Shown here: piece after piece, positions 1 through 10,632 of the stretch
Position numbering within the stretch: the stretch's first letter is position 1
How the letters are laid out: the number at the start of each line of letters is the position of its first letter
Source of the DNA: an uncultured delta proteobacterium
Lineage (GTDB): Bacteria > Desulfobacterota > Desulfobacteria > Desulfobacterales > B30-G6
Direction: 5' to 3'
NCBI GenBank assembly: GCA_963823335.1
Contig: CAWGLD010000007.1
Span: 64,001 to 128,000, forward strand
DNA length: 64,000 bases
Translations under genes and position numbers: made by a program
Notes under the pieces: model-generated
Seen by the model: the letters and a program-made list of their open reading frames with translations, nothing else
What the model was told of the DNA's origin: nothing
Database searches by the model: none

Positions 1-1307
1 CCAGATCCGTAAGGTTTCAGCGGCATTATGCGGCGGGGTTTCCAACCATGCCTACGCGAGCGGATCATTTTACAGGACGCTGGACCATGTCCTTTATGGG
101 TTGGTCTCCACTGCCATCAAACGTAACCACCCTGGCTGAAATGCTTTCTGCAAAAGGGCTGCATACCGCAGCGGTTGTCGATACCCCTTTCTATCTCAGG
201 GACGGCATGAATTACGATCGCGGCTTCAAAAGCTTTTTTACAACTATCGGCCAGGAAGGTTCCGGAGCAAAAAAACTGAAAGACGGGCGGCACGAGTCAC
301 AGGATAGGCGTGCGGCATGGCGTTATGAATCAGATCACAATGCACCGCAGACCTTTACAACGGCGATGCGATGGCTTGAACGACACTATAAAGAAGACTT
401 TTTTCTTTATGTCGACACATGGGACCCCCATGAACCATGGGATGCCCCCCCCTACTATACCGAACGTTACTGGCCGGGTTATGACGGTGAAATTATCGAA
501 CCGATCTACGGATGTTGGAAAGACGTGCCGGGGTTCACACAAGAAAGGCTTGAAAAGGCCCATGCATGCTATTGCGGTGAGATCAGCATGGTGGACACCT
601 GGTTGGGATATCTCTTGCGAAGAATTGAAAACATGGGTCTCATGGAGAATACGGCCATCATTTTTACCTCGGACCACGGATTCTACTTTGGAGAACACGG
701 TGGGCTTTTCGGGAAAATGGTTTATGAAATGGGACAGGATGGGGAATATCCGAAGCTGGATGACTGGGATAAACAGGTCCAAGGCGGCATATGGGCCTAT
801 TCACCTCTTTACGAAGAGATCGTCAATATTCCGTTATTGATTTCCATTCCCGGCATCTCGGCGGGTGTCTATGGGCAGGTAACTTCAGCGGTGGACGTGA
901 TGCCCACGGTCCTGGAGCTCTTGTCGTGTGACATACCTGACTTTGTGGAGGGCAACTCCCTTCTGCCGAAAATAAACGATCCAGCTGCCAGCGGCCGCGA
1001 GTTTACGGTCAGCAGTATCCCATTTGCCAACCCGGGTGATCCGGTAAGATCGGTCGACAATTTTCTTCGCATGCTGAAAGTCCCGACAGTTACGACCATT
1101 ACCAGTGAGAATTATGCCCTCCTTTACAGCCCTGAAGCCGGCATGTCAAAGCTCTATGATCTCAACCTGGATCCCGGTCAGCAAAAAAATATTATCTCGG
1201 ATCAACCGCATGTCGGCAAAGGACTTCATCAATACCTGGTTAAGTTTATGCGGGATACCCACCTTGCGGACTATCTCTTACAGCCAAGACTTGAGTTAAT
1301 AATATGA
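1..1307 (+). CDS. Sulfatase-like hydrolase (alkaline phosphatase superfamily), 5'-truncated by the window edge
   Basis: Frame is open from base 3 (RSVRFQRHYAAGFPTMPTRADHFTGR); motifs WDPHEPW, SDHG and DVMPT; nucleophile motif reads T-M-P-T-R. Confidence 0.85.
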   Translation, partial: RSVRFQRHYAAGFPTMPTRADHFTGRWTMSFMGWSPLPSNVTTLAEMLSAKGLHTAAVVDTPFYLRDGMNYDRGFKSFFTTIGQEGSGAKKLKDGRHESQDRRAAWRYESDHNAPQTFTTAMRWLERHYKEDFFLYVDTWDPHEPWDAPPYYTERYWPGYDGEIIEPIYGCWKDVPGFTQERLEKAHACYCGEISMVDTWLGYLLRRIENMGLMENTAIIFTSDHGFYFGEHGGLFGKMVYEMGQDGEYPKLDDWDKQVQGGIWAYSPLYEEIVNIPLLISIPGISAGVYGQVTSAVDVMPTVLELLSCDIPDFVEGNSLLPKINDPAASGREFTVSSIPFANPGDPVRSVDNFLRMLKVPTVTTITSENYALLYSPEAGMSKLYDLNLDPGQQKNIISDQPHVGKGLHQYLVKFMRDTHLADYLLQPRLELII

Positions 1308-1470
1308 ACCTATCTCAAAAATGTCTTTTGCCCCAATCTCTGTGTTGCTCTCTCGTTTCAACTCCTCAAAATACAGAAGTATTCCTCCGGGTTGAAACTT
1401 GAGATCGCCTTGATTTGACGAAGATCCCGCGCTTTTTGCGGGGGAAAAAATCCTATTAAGGAGAGGATAA

Positions 1471-2880
1471 ATGGAAAACGTAATGACCCGAATGGGGGAT
1501 GGAAGCCGGATTGAAATGACTGCGGATGACGTCCGGAGGGATTTGGAAGCCGGTAGCCAGGAAGCTGCCGGACGCGCAAACGTACCTGCCCTGATCGATG
1601 ACGAGATAAATTACCTGATGGATCTCTTTCAATCCAAAGATCGTGTGGTGGGAGTTGAAATGGGCAAGGAAGTCTGTTTGAGCTATGACAACATGACGTC
1701 TAAAATCAAACGGGCTCACATCCCCATCAGTAAGATACAACAACTGCTGTTGTTCGAAAGAGGGCTGGGTGCCGACACGCTGGAACTGACCCATATTGAC
1801 TACAGTTTCAAGCAGTGTAAACACGTGGTGCAGTATGAAAAACCGAACATGGAACAGGCGGTACTGCAGACCATTGCCCCGATTTTCTATGGCGCCATGC
1901 CGAACCTCGGTCTGTACAGCGTACCCGACGGACCGGTGGTCAACCCTGGCGACCTGCTACCCGAAGGAAAGATTACCGAGGCCCAGCAAGCCTATGAAGA
2001 AATGGCGGAATACGCCATCAAAGACATGGTCTACGTGGGTAGTGAACTTTACGAGAAAGCCGGTGCGGACGGTATAAATTTCGACACTACCGCAGCTTCC
2101 GGAGATGCCGAATTTTATGCGACCTTGAAGGCTGTTGAAATCCTTCACAAAAAATATCCCGACATGGGTATAGAAATGGGAATGTCCGGTGAGTTTATAT
2201 TGGGCATGCACGGAGATATAGAATATAACGGTGTACGCTTGGCCGGGCTTTTCCCCCAGGATCAGGTTAAACTGGCCCAAAAAGCAGGGGTAACGATTTT
2301 CGGCCCGGCCATCAATATTCTCACCAATGACTCACTTCCGTATAACCTGGCTCGTTCACTGGTTTTTACCAAAGCCTGCTCTGAGGCCTCGGATATTCCG
2401 ATCCATGCCAACCTGGGCATGGGTGTCGGCGGTGTCCCCCTGACCCTCACGCCCCCTCTGGATGCCCTGTCGCGGGCATCCAAAGCACATGTCGAAATTT
2501 GCCGTTTGGACGGGTTGTAGGTGGGGGTCGGCGACCCGCTGGGAATGCATGCTGCACATGCAGTTGTCTCGGGAATGGGCGGATTACGAACTGCCGGAGA
2601 TCTGGTAGCGCGTATGCAACTGAACCGGGGTATGCGAATCGATGCAGCCAAAGCGTATGTGGCGGGAAAACTGGGTGTCACGGTCGCCGATCTGGCGGAC
2701 ACGGTTGTCATGAACGAGGTCCGGGAAGATCTGGATATCGGACGTGTCAACGAAACACCCGCTGTCGCCAAGGGGATCGATGCCAAATTCAGAATAGCGG
2801 AACGCCTTGACTTGGAAATCAACTGCGTCAATATGTTTATGAAAAGAGTGGGCATTGATTCTTACCACGCATTTAAGTAG
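1471..2880 (+). CDS. mtbB: Dimethylamine:corrinoid methyltransferase, pyrrolysine-containing (in-frame TAG at 2518-2520, codon 350; 469 aa)
   Basis: ORFs 1471-2520 and 2521-2880 are one frame joined by TAG; junction [38 protein letters not shown] matches the MtbB Pyl-site motif; RBS AAGGAG upstream. Confidence 0.93.
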
Positions 2881-2907
2881 AAGCCATCTCAAAAAAGTTT
2901 TTTGGCC

Positions 2908-3105
2908 ATGAAAACAATCCATGAAACAGTCGCTGTCGTTGTCGCCGGAGGCGGCACTGCCGGGCATGTGGCCGCAATTCAAGCTGCCAGAGCCGGTGTA
3001 AAGACCGCCGTGATCGAAGCGGGAAGCATGCTGGGGGGCACCATGACGGCCGGCGGTGTGTCGATGCCCAATCATTTTTTTTTCTTGGTTTTGGATCAGG
3101 TTTAA
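2908..3105 (+). pseudogene. N-terminal fragment of an FAD-dependent oxidoreductase
   Basis: VVVAGGGTAGHVAAIQAARAG...LGGTMTAGGVS Rossmann start, then a T-run and a stop after about 65 aa. Confidence 0.75.
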
Positions 3106-3177
3106 TATACAGGGGCACAAAGAATGTTCTTGAAATAGGTTATCCTTTGAAACACATGATAGTGAAAGGGATGGGAA

Positions 3178-4650
3178 ATGCCGATCGAAAGAACCGGTGT
3201 ATCTGTCTTTAACGGCCTGGGATTGAATTTTCTGACCCGTGACGAACTGGATACCATTCATTCGGGTGCCTGCCATATTCTTAAGCATACCGGCGTGCTG
3301 GTGGAGTTTGAAGACGCCGCCGATCGGTTGCACAGTGCCGGGGCTTTTGTGTCACGGTCGGGGAAAAACTGGCTCGTTAAAATCCCCGAGTGGCTCGTGA
3401 CCGAAAGCCTCGCAAGCACACCCAAAAGCGTCACGTATTTTGCCCGGGATCCGGAAAAGGATTTCCTGCTGGAAAACAACCGGGTCGGCTTCGGAACATT
3501 TGGAGAGCAGGTCAATATCATCGATCCCATTACCCGTAAATATCGCCCTTCCACAAAGCAAGACTGCTGCAACGTCTACCGCCTGATCGACGCACTCGAT
3601 GAACTTGCTTTCTGCCAGCGAACCCTCTGCCCGGGCGATCAGCTGCCTGCCGCCCAGGCGGTCCACAATTTTCAGGCCCTTATTACCCACAACAGCAAGC
3701 ACATCACCATCGGCATGGTTAACAGATCCTGCGTGGAAGTTATTGTACAAATGGCGGCAGCCGCCGTGGGCGGCATGGGCAAACTGCACCAAAGACCCAT
3801 CTGTACCTGCTCCTGCTGTGTCACCAGTCCCCTGACCCTAACCACCCAGTTCTGTGAGGCCCTTATAGCTGCTGTGGAAGCAGGTATCAATGTGGATGTC
3901 ATGACCATGGCCCTGGCAGGCGGCTCCGGTCCCGTCACCCTGGCAGGAACCATTGTTTTGACCATGGCCGAGCTTTTAAGCGGTCTGGTCCTGGCCCAGA
4001 TCACCTGCAAAGGGGTGAACGTCACCTTTGGTTCCTGCAGCACCATTATGGATTTGAAAACCGGCCTGGCATCAACGGGCGCACCGGAATGGGGTCTGGT
4101 GGGCGCCGCCATCGCGCAGATGGCGAACTATTATCACATCCCCTGCCGGGTGGGGTCAGGGGTCAGCGATTCCAAGCTGCCCGATGCGCAAGCCGCCTAC
4201 CAGTTCACCCTGAACGCTTTACCGCTGTCGCTCGCCGGCGCCAATATGATATTCGGGGCCGGCGGCATCGACAGCGGGCTTGCTTTTGACTACGCCAAGC
4301 TGATCATGGATCATGAATGCATTTGCCATATCCGGAAATTACTGGAAGGCGTGCGCGTGGACAACGAAACCATGGCGCTGGATCTTATCCATGACATCGG
4401 CCCCGGAGGTACGTTTCTGATTCACCGCCACACCCTCGAACGGACCAGATCCCAATCGGCCGTCCACTTGTTTGACCGAGGCACGCGGGAAGCCTGGATG
4501 GAAACCGCCGGTGGAAAGGATCTCACGGAAAGGGCCTACGGAAAGGCGCTGGAAATACTGGAGAGTCATCAGACCAAGGCGCTGCCGGACGGCGCCGCAG
4601 AAACGATCAATGGTCTGCTGGATGAATTTGAAGCCCAAATAAAATCCTAG
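3178..4650 (+). CDS. mttB: Trimethylamine methyltransferase (MttB) superfamily protein, non-pyrrolysine
   Basis: SPL, AGGSGPVTLAG, MDLKTG..STGAPE and SDSKLPDAQAA motifs; Val at the Pyl-equivalent position (GSGVSDSK). Confidence 0.9.
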   Translation: MPIERTGVSVFNGLGLNFLTRDELDTIHSGACHILKHTGVLVEFEDAADRLHSAGAFVSRSGKNWLVKIPEWLVTESLASTPKSVTYFARDPEKDFLLENNRVGFGTFGEQVNIIDPITRKYRPSTKQDCCNVYRLIDALDELAFCQRTLCPGDQLPAAQAVHNFQALITHNSKHITIGMVNRSCVEVIVQMAAAAVGGMGKLHQRPICTCSCCVTSPLTLTTQFCEALIAAVEAGINVDVMTMALAGGSGPVTLAGTIVLTMAELLSGLVLAQITCKGVNVTFGSCSTIMDLKTGLASTGAPEWGLVGAAIAQMANYYHIPCRVGSGVSDSKLPDAQAAYQFTLNALPLSLAGANMIFGAGGIDSGLAFDYAKLIMDHECICHIRKLLEGVRVDNETMALDLIHDIGPGGTFLIHRHTLERTRSQSAVHLFDRGTREAWMETAGGKDLTERAYGKALEILESHQTKALPDGAAETINGLLDEFEAQIKS

Positions 4651-4769
4651 AGCGATTTTATCGGACGTGACATTGTCGCTCCCTTAAATTTAAAAAAAGA
4701 GATGCGACAACACCCATGAGAACCTTAATATGACCATCACGACAGCTGTCATCAGACGCAGGGAATCAT

Positions 4770-6113
4770 ATGAAAGAAATTAGGGAAGCTGCCAGGAAAA
4801 TACCGGTTCTGGCAGAAACGGATGTGCTTGTCGTGGGTAGTGGACCCGGAGGCCTTGCGGCGGCACTTGCTGCCGAACGAGAAGGCGTCCGTACCATCCT
4901 GTTGGAGCGATACGGATGCTTCGGGGGCAATATCACCCAGGCAGGTGTTGAATCTCTCGCCTGGTACCGTCACGAGGGCACCATAGATGCTCAGGGCATC
5001 GGTACCGAATTGGAGCAACGCGCCCAACAAATGGGCGCAACCGATCCCGAGCCCCAGTCCCGGAGTGAAGCTTTCAACACGGAACTATTCAAGATCGTGG
5101 CCGACACCCTCGTTCAGGAGACTGACATTATCCCGATCCTTCACTGTATGGCAGTGGAAACGGTGATGGACGGTGATGTCATAAAAGGGATCATCACGGA
5201 GAGCAAATCGGGTCGACAGGCCATCCTCGCAAAACGGGTAATCGACGCCACCGGCGATGCTGACATCGCTCATCTGGCGGGGGCACCCTGGCGCAAGGCT
5301 CCCAAAAATGAATTGTTGGGCGTAACCGTGACGTTCGCCGTGACAGGTGTCGATCGAAAGCGTTTCCTGGCACACGTAAAAAAACATCCTTCCACCTATA
5401 AAGACTGGGGGGTTGAAACGTCAGGCAAAGAAGATAACATGTTCAGCCCGTATCTGCGTGTTCCGTTTCAATTGGCCAGAAACGCCGGTGAAATTCCAGA
5501 AAATGTGCAGATCGCGGGAACCTGGGGCCGGATCAGCGAACAGGGAGACGCCACGTATCTGAACGTTGTTTATATGCCGGGCTTTGACAGTACGGATGTT
5601 CGTGATCTTACCCGCGGAGAAATAGATGGACGCCGCCAAGCCATGTGGGCGGTCAATGCACTGAAGAAATATACGCCGGGTTTTGAGAACGCAGCGCTCA
5701 GGGCGTTCGGTTCATCCCTGGGAATACGGGAGTCGAGAAAAATCATCGGGAGATACAATCTGACCGGAAACGACGTTCGCAATCAGGGACGTTTCGACGA
5801 CGCTATGGGTATCTTTCCGGAATTTTTAGATGGGCATGGGATCCTGAGCCTACCCACGACCGGGCGTTACTTCCAGGTACCCTATGGCATCGTGATTCCC
5901 CAAAAGGTGGACAACCTGCTTGTGGCGGGCCGCTGCGTGGCAGGCGACCGTATTTCTCATTCAGCCACTCGCCAGATGATGTGCTGCACAGTTACCGGAC
6001 AGGGAGCCGGCGTAGCGGCGGCACGCTCTATCAAAGAGAAAGTGAAGTGCCGTCAAGTGGATATTGCCGCCCTGCAAAAAGCCCTGTCAAAGCAGGGGGT
6101 GCGAATAAATTGA
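4770..6113 (+). CDS. FAD-dependent oxidoreductase
   Basis: VVGSGPGGLAAA, IDATGDADIA, GIRESRKIIG and LLVAGRC motifs. Confidence 0.85.
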   Translation: MKEIREAARKIPVLAETDVLVVGSGPGGLAAALAAEREGVRTILLERYGCFGGNITQAGVESLAWYRHEGTIDAQGIGTELEQRAQQMGATDPEPQSRSEAFNTELFKIVADTLVQETDIIPILHCMAVETVMDGDVIKGIITESKSGRQAILAKRVIDATGDADIAHLAGAPWRKAPKNELLGVTVTFAVTGVDRKRFLAHVKKHPSTYKDWGVETSGKEDNMFSPYLRVPFQLARNAGEIPENVQIAGTWGRISEQGDATYLNVVYMPGFDSTDVRDLTRGEIDGRRQAMWAVNALKKYTPGFENAALRAFGSSLGIRESRKIIGRYNLTGNDVRNQGRFDDAMGIFPEFLDGHGILSLPTTGRYFQVPYGIVIPQKVDNLLVAGRCVAGDRISHSATRQMMCCTVTGQGAGVAAARSIKEKVKCRQVDIAALQKALSKQGVRIN

Positions 6114-6138
6114 CAGGCAAGACCAAGAAAGGAGCGCG

Positions 6139-6915
6139 ATGAGTATTCAGGATTTCACAATGGACTTTTTCTCGTTGAAAGGGAAAAATGCCATCGTCAC
6201 CGGCGGCAATACCGGACTTGGACAGGCATTCGCGTTGGCGCTGGCCAAGGCAGGTGCGAACCTGTTTGTACCCAGTATTCTGGATGATGACGGTGGTACC
6301 AAGGCGCTTGTTGAAGCGCAAGGTGTTGCGTATGAATTCATGCAGATCGACATTACCGATGACGGTGCGCCCAGGAAAATAATCGAAACCTGTGTCGCAA
6401 CATTCGGATCTGTCGATATCCTGGTAAACAGTGCCGGCATCTGCATTTCGGCAGAAGTCGAAAGCTTTGGCAGGGAACCGTGGGACAAGATGGTGCACAT
6501 CAATTTGACCGCCGCATTTGAACTCAGTTTTGAAGCGTCAAGGTTCATGATTTCTCAGAAAAGCGGTAAAATTATCAACATCTGTTCACTTTTCTCGTTT
6601 CTAGGGGGAAAATTGTCTTCGGCCTATGCCGCCACAAAGCATGGCCTGGCAGGTTTTACGAAAGCCTATTGTGATGAACTGGCTCAGCACAACATTCAGG
6701 TCAACGGGATTGCACCGGGGTATTATAAAACGGCTATTACGGAAAGGACAAGAAGCAACCCGGAAACGTGTCAACGGGTTTTGGATCACATCCCCGCCAA
6801 TCGCTGGGGTGAGACAATGGACCTGATGGGTACGACCATATTCCTGGCCAGCAAAGCTTCAGACTATGTAAACGGCCATATACTCGTGGTTGACGGAGGC
6901 TACCTGGTTCGTTAA
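6139..6915 (+). CDS. ygcW: SDR oxidoreductase (YgcW/KduD-like)
   Basis: TGGNTGLG, YAATK, DYVNGHILVVDGGYLVR; synteny with ygcE- and ygcU-like genes. Confidence 0.75.
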   Translation: MSIQDFTMDFFSLKGKNAIVTGGNTGLGQAFALALAKAGANLFVPSILDDDGGTKALVEAQGVAYEFMQIDITDDGAPRKIIETCVATFGSVDILVNSAGICISAEVESFGREPWDKMVHINLTAAFELSFEASRFMISQKSGKIINICSLFSFLGGKLSSAYAATKHGLAGFTKAYCDELAQHNIQVNGIAPGYYKTAITERTRSNPETCQRVLDHIPANRWGETMDLMGTTIFLASKASDYVNGHILVVDGGYLVR

Positions 6916-8351
6916 TGAAAAAACAATATGTCATAGGTCTTGATGGGGGAACGCAGAGTACGAAAGTGGTCATTTTCGATCTGGAGGGCAATCTTGTATG
7001 CCAGGGGAAAAGAGAACTTCAACCCATGCACATGCCCAGGCCCGGGGTAGCGGAGCACCCGGATGACGACTTGTGGGATACCATCGTGGCGGCAAGCCTA
7101 CAGGCAATGGCGTGCTTTTCGGGCGACATCAAATCCATATTGGGTATCGGCCTCTGCACCATTCGTTGCTGCAGGGCCTGTCTGAAAGAAGACGGCAGAC
7201 TGGCTTCACCGGTCTTGAGCTGGATGGATCTGCGCCTGGCCCGCCCCTATGAGCACGAGAATCCACTGGTCAGGTATGTGACGACAACTTCCGGATATAT
7301 CACCCACCGTTTTACAGGTCAGTTTAAGGATACGGCTGCCAATTACGAGGGGATGTGGCCCATCGATAAGGACACCTGGCAGTGGAGCAAAGATCCAGAC
7401 GTCTTAAAAACCTTTAATGTACCAAGAAACAAGCTCTTTAAACTCGAAATGCCCGGAACAATCCTCGGGTATGTAAGCAATGAAGCCTCGGAACAAACCG
7501 GAATCCCGGCTGGAATTCCGGTGGTTGCAACCGCAAATGACAAGGCGGTGGAAGCCCTGGGTGCCGGTCTAACGCCGGGCAAAACCGCTCTCGTTTCCTT
7601 GGGAACCTACATCGGCGCTATGGTATACGGCGAAAAGAATGTAACGGATCCAAACAGCTTTTTCACCAACCTGGCATCCATACCCAACGACTATCTCTAC
7701 GAAAGTGGCGGCATACGTCATGGAATGGGAACCGTCAGCTGGTTGAGAAATCTTTTCGGTGAAGACGTCCGCAGCATAGCGCAATCCCTCGGCATTTCCC
7801 CCGAAGAACTCCTGAACAGTGAAGCTCAAAAAGTTGCCCCGGGATGTGATGGGCTGATGACGGTTCCGGAATGGCTGGCACCGCCGGACAAACCTTTTAA
7901 AAAGGGCATCATGATCGGGTTTCACGGGCGCCATACCAGGGCGCATCTATACCGCTCCATGTTGGAAGCCATTGCATTGACCATGAAAAACCATGTCGAA
8001 GCCATGTGCCGGGAACTCGACATGGGACTGGACCAAATCATCGTATCCGGCGGGGGGGCACGAAGCGATGTGTTCATGCAGATTTTTGCAGACGTGTTCG
8101 GCGTCCCGGCCATCAGAAATGATATCACGGATGCCGCCGGTCTGGGTTCAGCCATTTGCGCCGCCGTGGCCGCGAAGGCTTATGACACTTTTGAGGCGGC
8201 CATTGAACAAATGGTCGGGATACGTGACAGGTTTTATTCCATTGCGAAGCATACCTCCCTATACGAGAAGCTGAACACGGATGTGTACAGACATATTACA
8301 GAATTTACGGATCCTGTTCTGGAGAAATCATATCCCATCTTCAAACAATAA
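6915..8351 (+). CDS. ygcE: FGGY-family carbohydrate kinase (YgcE-like)
   Basis: IGLDGGTQSTK, SLGT and VSGGGARS motifs. Confidence 0.8.
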   Translation: MKKQYVIGLDGGTQSTKVVIFDLEGNLVCQGKRELQPMHMPRPGVAEHPDDDLWDTIVAASLQAMACFSGDIKSILGIGLCTIRCCRACLKEDGRLASPVLSWMDLRLARPYEHENPLVRYVTTTSGYITHRFTGQFKDTAANYEGMWPIDKDTWQWSKDPDVLKTFNVPRNKLFKLEMPGTILGYVSNEASEQTGIPAGIPVVATANDKAVEALGAGLTPGKTALVSLGTYIGAMVYGEKNVTDPNSFFTNLASIPNDYLYESGGIRHGMGTVSWLRNLFGEDVRSIAQSLGISPEELLNSEAQKVAPGCDGLMTVPEWLAPPDKPFKKGIMIGFHGRHTRAHLYRSMLEAIALTMKNHVEAMCRELDMGLDQIIVSGGGARSDVFMQIFADVFGVPAIRNDITDAAGLGSAICAAVAAKAYDTFEAAIEQMVGIRDRFYSIAKHTSLYEKLNTDVYRHITEFTDPVLEKSYPIFKQ

Positions 8352-8382
8352 AAAAAATGAGTTTCCCAAAGGAGAAAGAAAC

Positions 8383-9828
8383 ATGTCCTTGAAAAGGGAT
8401 CAGATTGCAGAAGCGCTTGAAAATATCGTGGGAAAAGAACACGTCGTAACAGACGAACAGGTTTTAAAGGAGAGCAGTGTCGACCGTTTCAGAAGATTCG
8501 AAGCCTACCACGGCGTGTATCAACTGCCCTTGCCTGCCGCGGTCGTATATGTGAACAGCACCCAAGAGGTAGCCGCCGTAATTGAATTCGCCAACGAAAA
8601 CAAGATCAATGTCGTTCCACGAACCGGTCACTCGGCCACGGAAGGCGGTCTTGAAACCGCTTTGGAAAACTCCATTGTCGTTGATGGATCCGGTATGAAT
8701 CAGATCCTTGACATCGACACTTATAATATGCAGGCAACCGTGCAATGTGGCGCCTCTCTTCAAGAACTTGACGACCGTTTGAGAGAACAAGGTTACACAA
8801 CCGGCCACTCACCCCAATCAAAACCGCTGGCGCAGCTGGGGGGGCTGGTTGCCACCAGAAGTATCGGCCAATTTTCGACCCTATACGGCGGTATTGAAGA
8901 CATGGTGGTGGGGTTGGAAGCGGTTTTTCCGGGTAGCGGCATTACCCGTATAAAAAACGTACCTCGCAGGGCCGCCGGGCCTGATATCCGTCATGTCATC
9001 ATTGGCAATGAAGGCACGCTTTGCTTTATCACGGAAGTTACCGTTAAAATTTTTAGATATTTTCCTGAAAACAACAAATTCCTGGGGTATACCCTGGATA
9101 ATATGAAAACAGGTTTCGAAATTCTCCGGGAAGTCATGGTAAATGGTTACAGACCATCCGTCGCACGTCTGTATGATCCTGAAGACGGTTCCTACCACTT
9201 TTCTCATTTTGCTGAAGACAGGTGCGTATTGATTTTTGTGGCTGAAGGTGTAAAGCCTCTTGCGGACGCAACGGCCACGTCCATCGAGGATATCGTGGCC
9301 CGCTACGACGAATGTGTGAAAGTCGATCCAAAGCTGATCGAAAAATGGTTTGCCCACCTCAACTGGGACCCGGCCAATTTAGCGGCCGAAAAAGCCGAAA
9401 TTATGGAAACCAAGAACGTCTGCAATACCACTGAAATATCCGCAAATTGGGGGCTCATAAATAACATCTACGACGTGTGCATGCAACGGGTAAGAAACGA
9501 GATTCCCGACCTGACACTGTTGGGGGCCCATTCTTCTCACAGTTATCTCAACGGAACCAACCTCTACTTTGTATACTTTTATAATGTGGTTGACTGCAAA
9601 CCCGAAGAAGAACTCACAAAGTACCACCTGGCCATTAAAAAAATCATCGTTGAAGAGACGATCAAAGCCGGCGGCTCCATGTGCCATCACCACGGAGTCG
9701 GCAAGCATAGAACCCATTGGATCGAACAGGAATATGGATCCTCGTATTCCATCCTCAAGAAATTGAAAAGCGCTTTCGACCCCAACAACATCATGAATAT
9801 GGGGACCATCATACCGTTGGAAAAGTAA
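8383..9828 (+). CDS. ygcU: FAD-binding oxidoreductase, alkyl-DHAP-synthase-like (YgcU)
   Basis: TTGHSPQS, QFSTLYGGIED and HHHGVGK motifs; AAAGGAG RBS before ATG at 8383. Confidence 0.85.
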   Translation: MSLKRDQIAEALENIVGKEHVVTDEQVLKESSVDRFRRFEAYHGVYQLPLPAAVVYVNSTQEVAAVIEFANENKINVVPRTGHSATEGGLETALENSIVVDGSGMNQILDIDTYNMQATVQCGASLQELDDRLREQGYTTGHSPQSKPLAQLGGLVATRSIGQFSTLYGGIEDMVVGLEAVFPGSGITRIKNVPRRAAGPDIRHVIIGNEGTLCFITEVTVKIFRYFPENNKFLGYTLDNMKTGFEILREVMVNGYRPSVARLYDPEDGSYHFSHFAEDRCVLIFVAEGVKPLADATATSIEDIVARYDECVKVDPKLIEKWFAHLNWDPANLAAEKAEIMETKNVCNTTEISANWGLINNIYDVCMQRVRNEIPDLTLLGAHSSHSYLNGTNLYFVYFYNVVDCKPEEELTKYHLAIKKIIVEETIKAGGSMCHHHGVGKHRTHWIEQEYGSSYSILKKLKSAFDPNNIMNMGTIIPLEK

Positions 9829-10632
9829 ATGAATGTTCTGGTGTGTTTCATAACTGTTCCCGAGTTGGAGCTCCTTGACGGCCAGGATTGGGTCATCGAC
9901 AAAAACCTTCAAATCGATACCAGCTTCCTGAAACCCTCCCTGGATATCTATGACGAGAGCGCACTGGAAATCGCCTTGACTCTTTTAGATGCATCCGAAA
10001 AGACCAAGGTGCCCATGGAACTCACTGCCTTGACCATCGCCGGTCACGGAGCAACTCCCGTTCTGAAAACCCTGAATGCGCTGCGGTTTAAACGGGTCGT
10101 GCGCATCGACAACCAGGATGATCTCCGGTTCAGACCGAGGGCCATCGCTTCTGTCTTGACCCAATACGTTAGAAAACAGGGCCCCCAGGATGTGCTGCTG
10201 CTGGGTAGACAAACCAGTGTCGGTGAAAACGCGAAGACACATCTACTGACGGCGGAAATGCTGGGGTGGCCGTGCATCACCCAGGTTACCGGTATCGAAC
10301 TGGTCGACAGGAACCACTTGACGGTGACCAGCCAGGTAGATGAAGGCCAGCTCCGGCAGCAAATCCAGACGCCGTGTGTGCTTTCTGTGGGAGATGCGCC
10401 AAATACCTATATGCGGGTTCCCACACTAAAGGACCGGATGCATCTCGGCAATCGGCCCGTCGAGATCCTGTCCATCAGGGATTTTCACCTGCCGGAGGAG
10501 ACCGAGAAGCTAATAGACATGGAAATCATAAGCCATGCAAGACCCGGAATTCTCATCCAGGGGGAGACCCCCGAAAAAAAGGCCAGAGAGCTGTATGAAG
10601 TGTATTTGAAAGAAAGGCTGCAACTACTTTGA
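9829..10632 (+). CDS. etfB: Electron transfer flavoprotein beta subunit (YgcR-like)
   Basis: MNVLVC...YDESALEIAL and LLGRQTS ETF-beta motifs. Confidence 0.8.
   Translation: MNVLVCFITVPELELLDGQDWVIDKNLQIDTSFLKPSLDIYDESALEIALTLLDASEKTKVPMELTALTIAGHGATPVLKTLNALRFKRVVRIDNQDDLRFRPRAIASVLTQYVRKQGPQDVLLLGRQTSVGENAKTHLLTAEMLGWPCITQVTGIELVDRNHLTVTSQVDEGQLRQQIQTPCVLSVGDAPNTYMRVPTLKDRMHLGNRPVEILSIRDFHLPEETEKLIDMEIISHARPGILIQGETPEKKARELYEVYLKERLQLL

Noticed and set aside
2521-2880. Separate 119-aa gene, and likewise 15650-15985
   Set aside because: These are the post-amber C-terminal parts of the MtbB genes, not independent CDSs.
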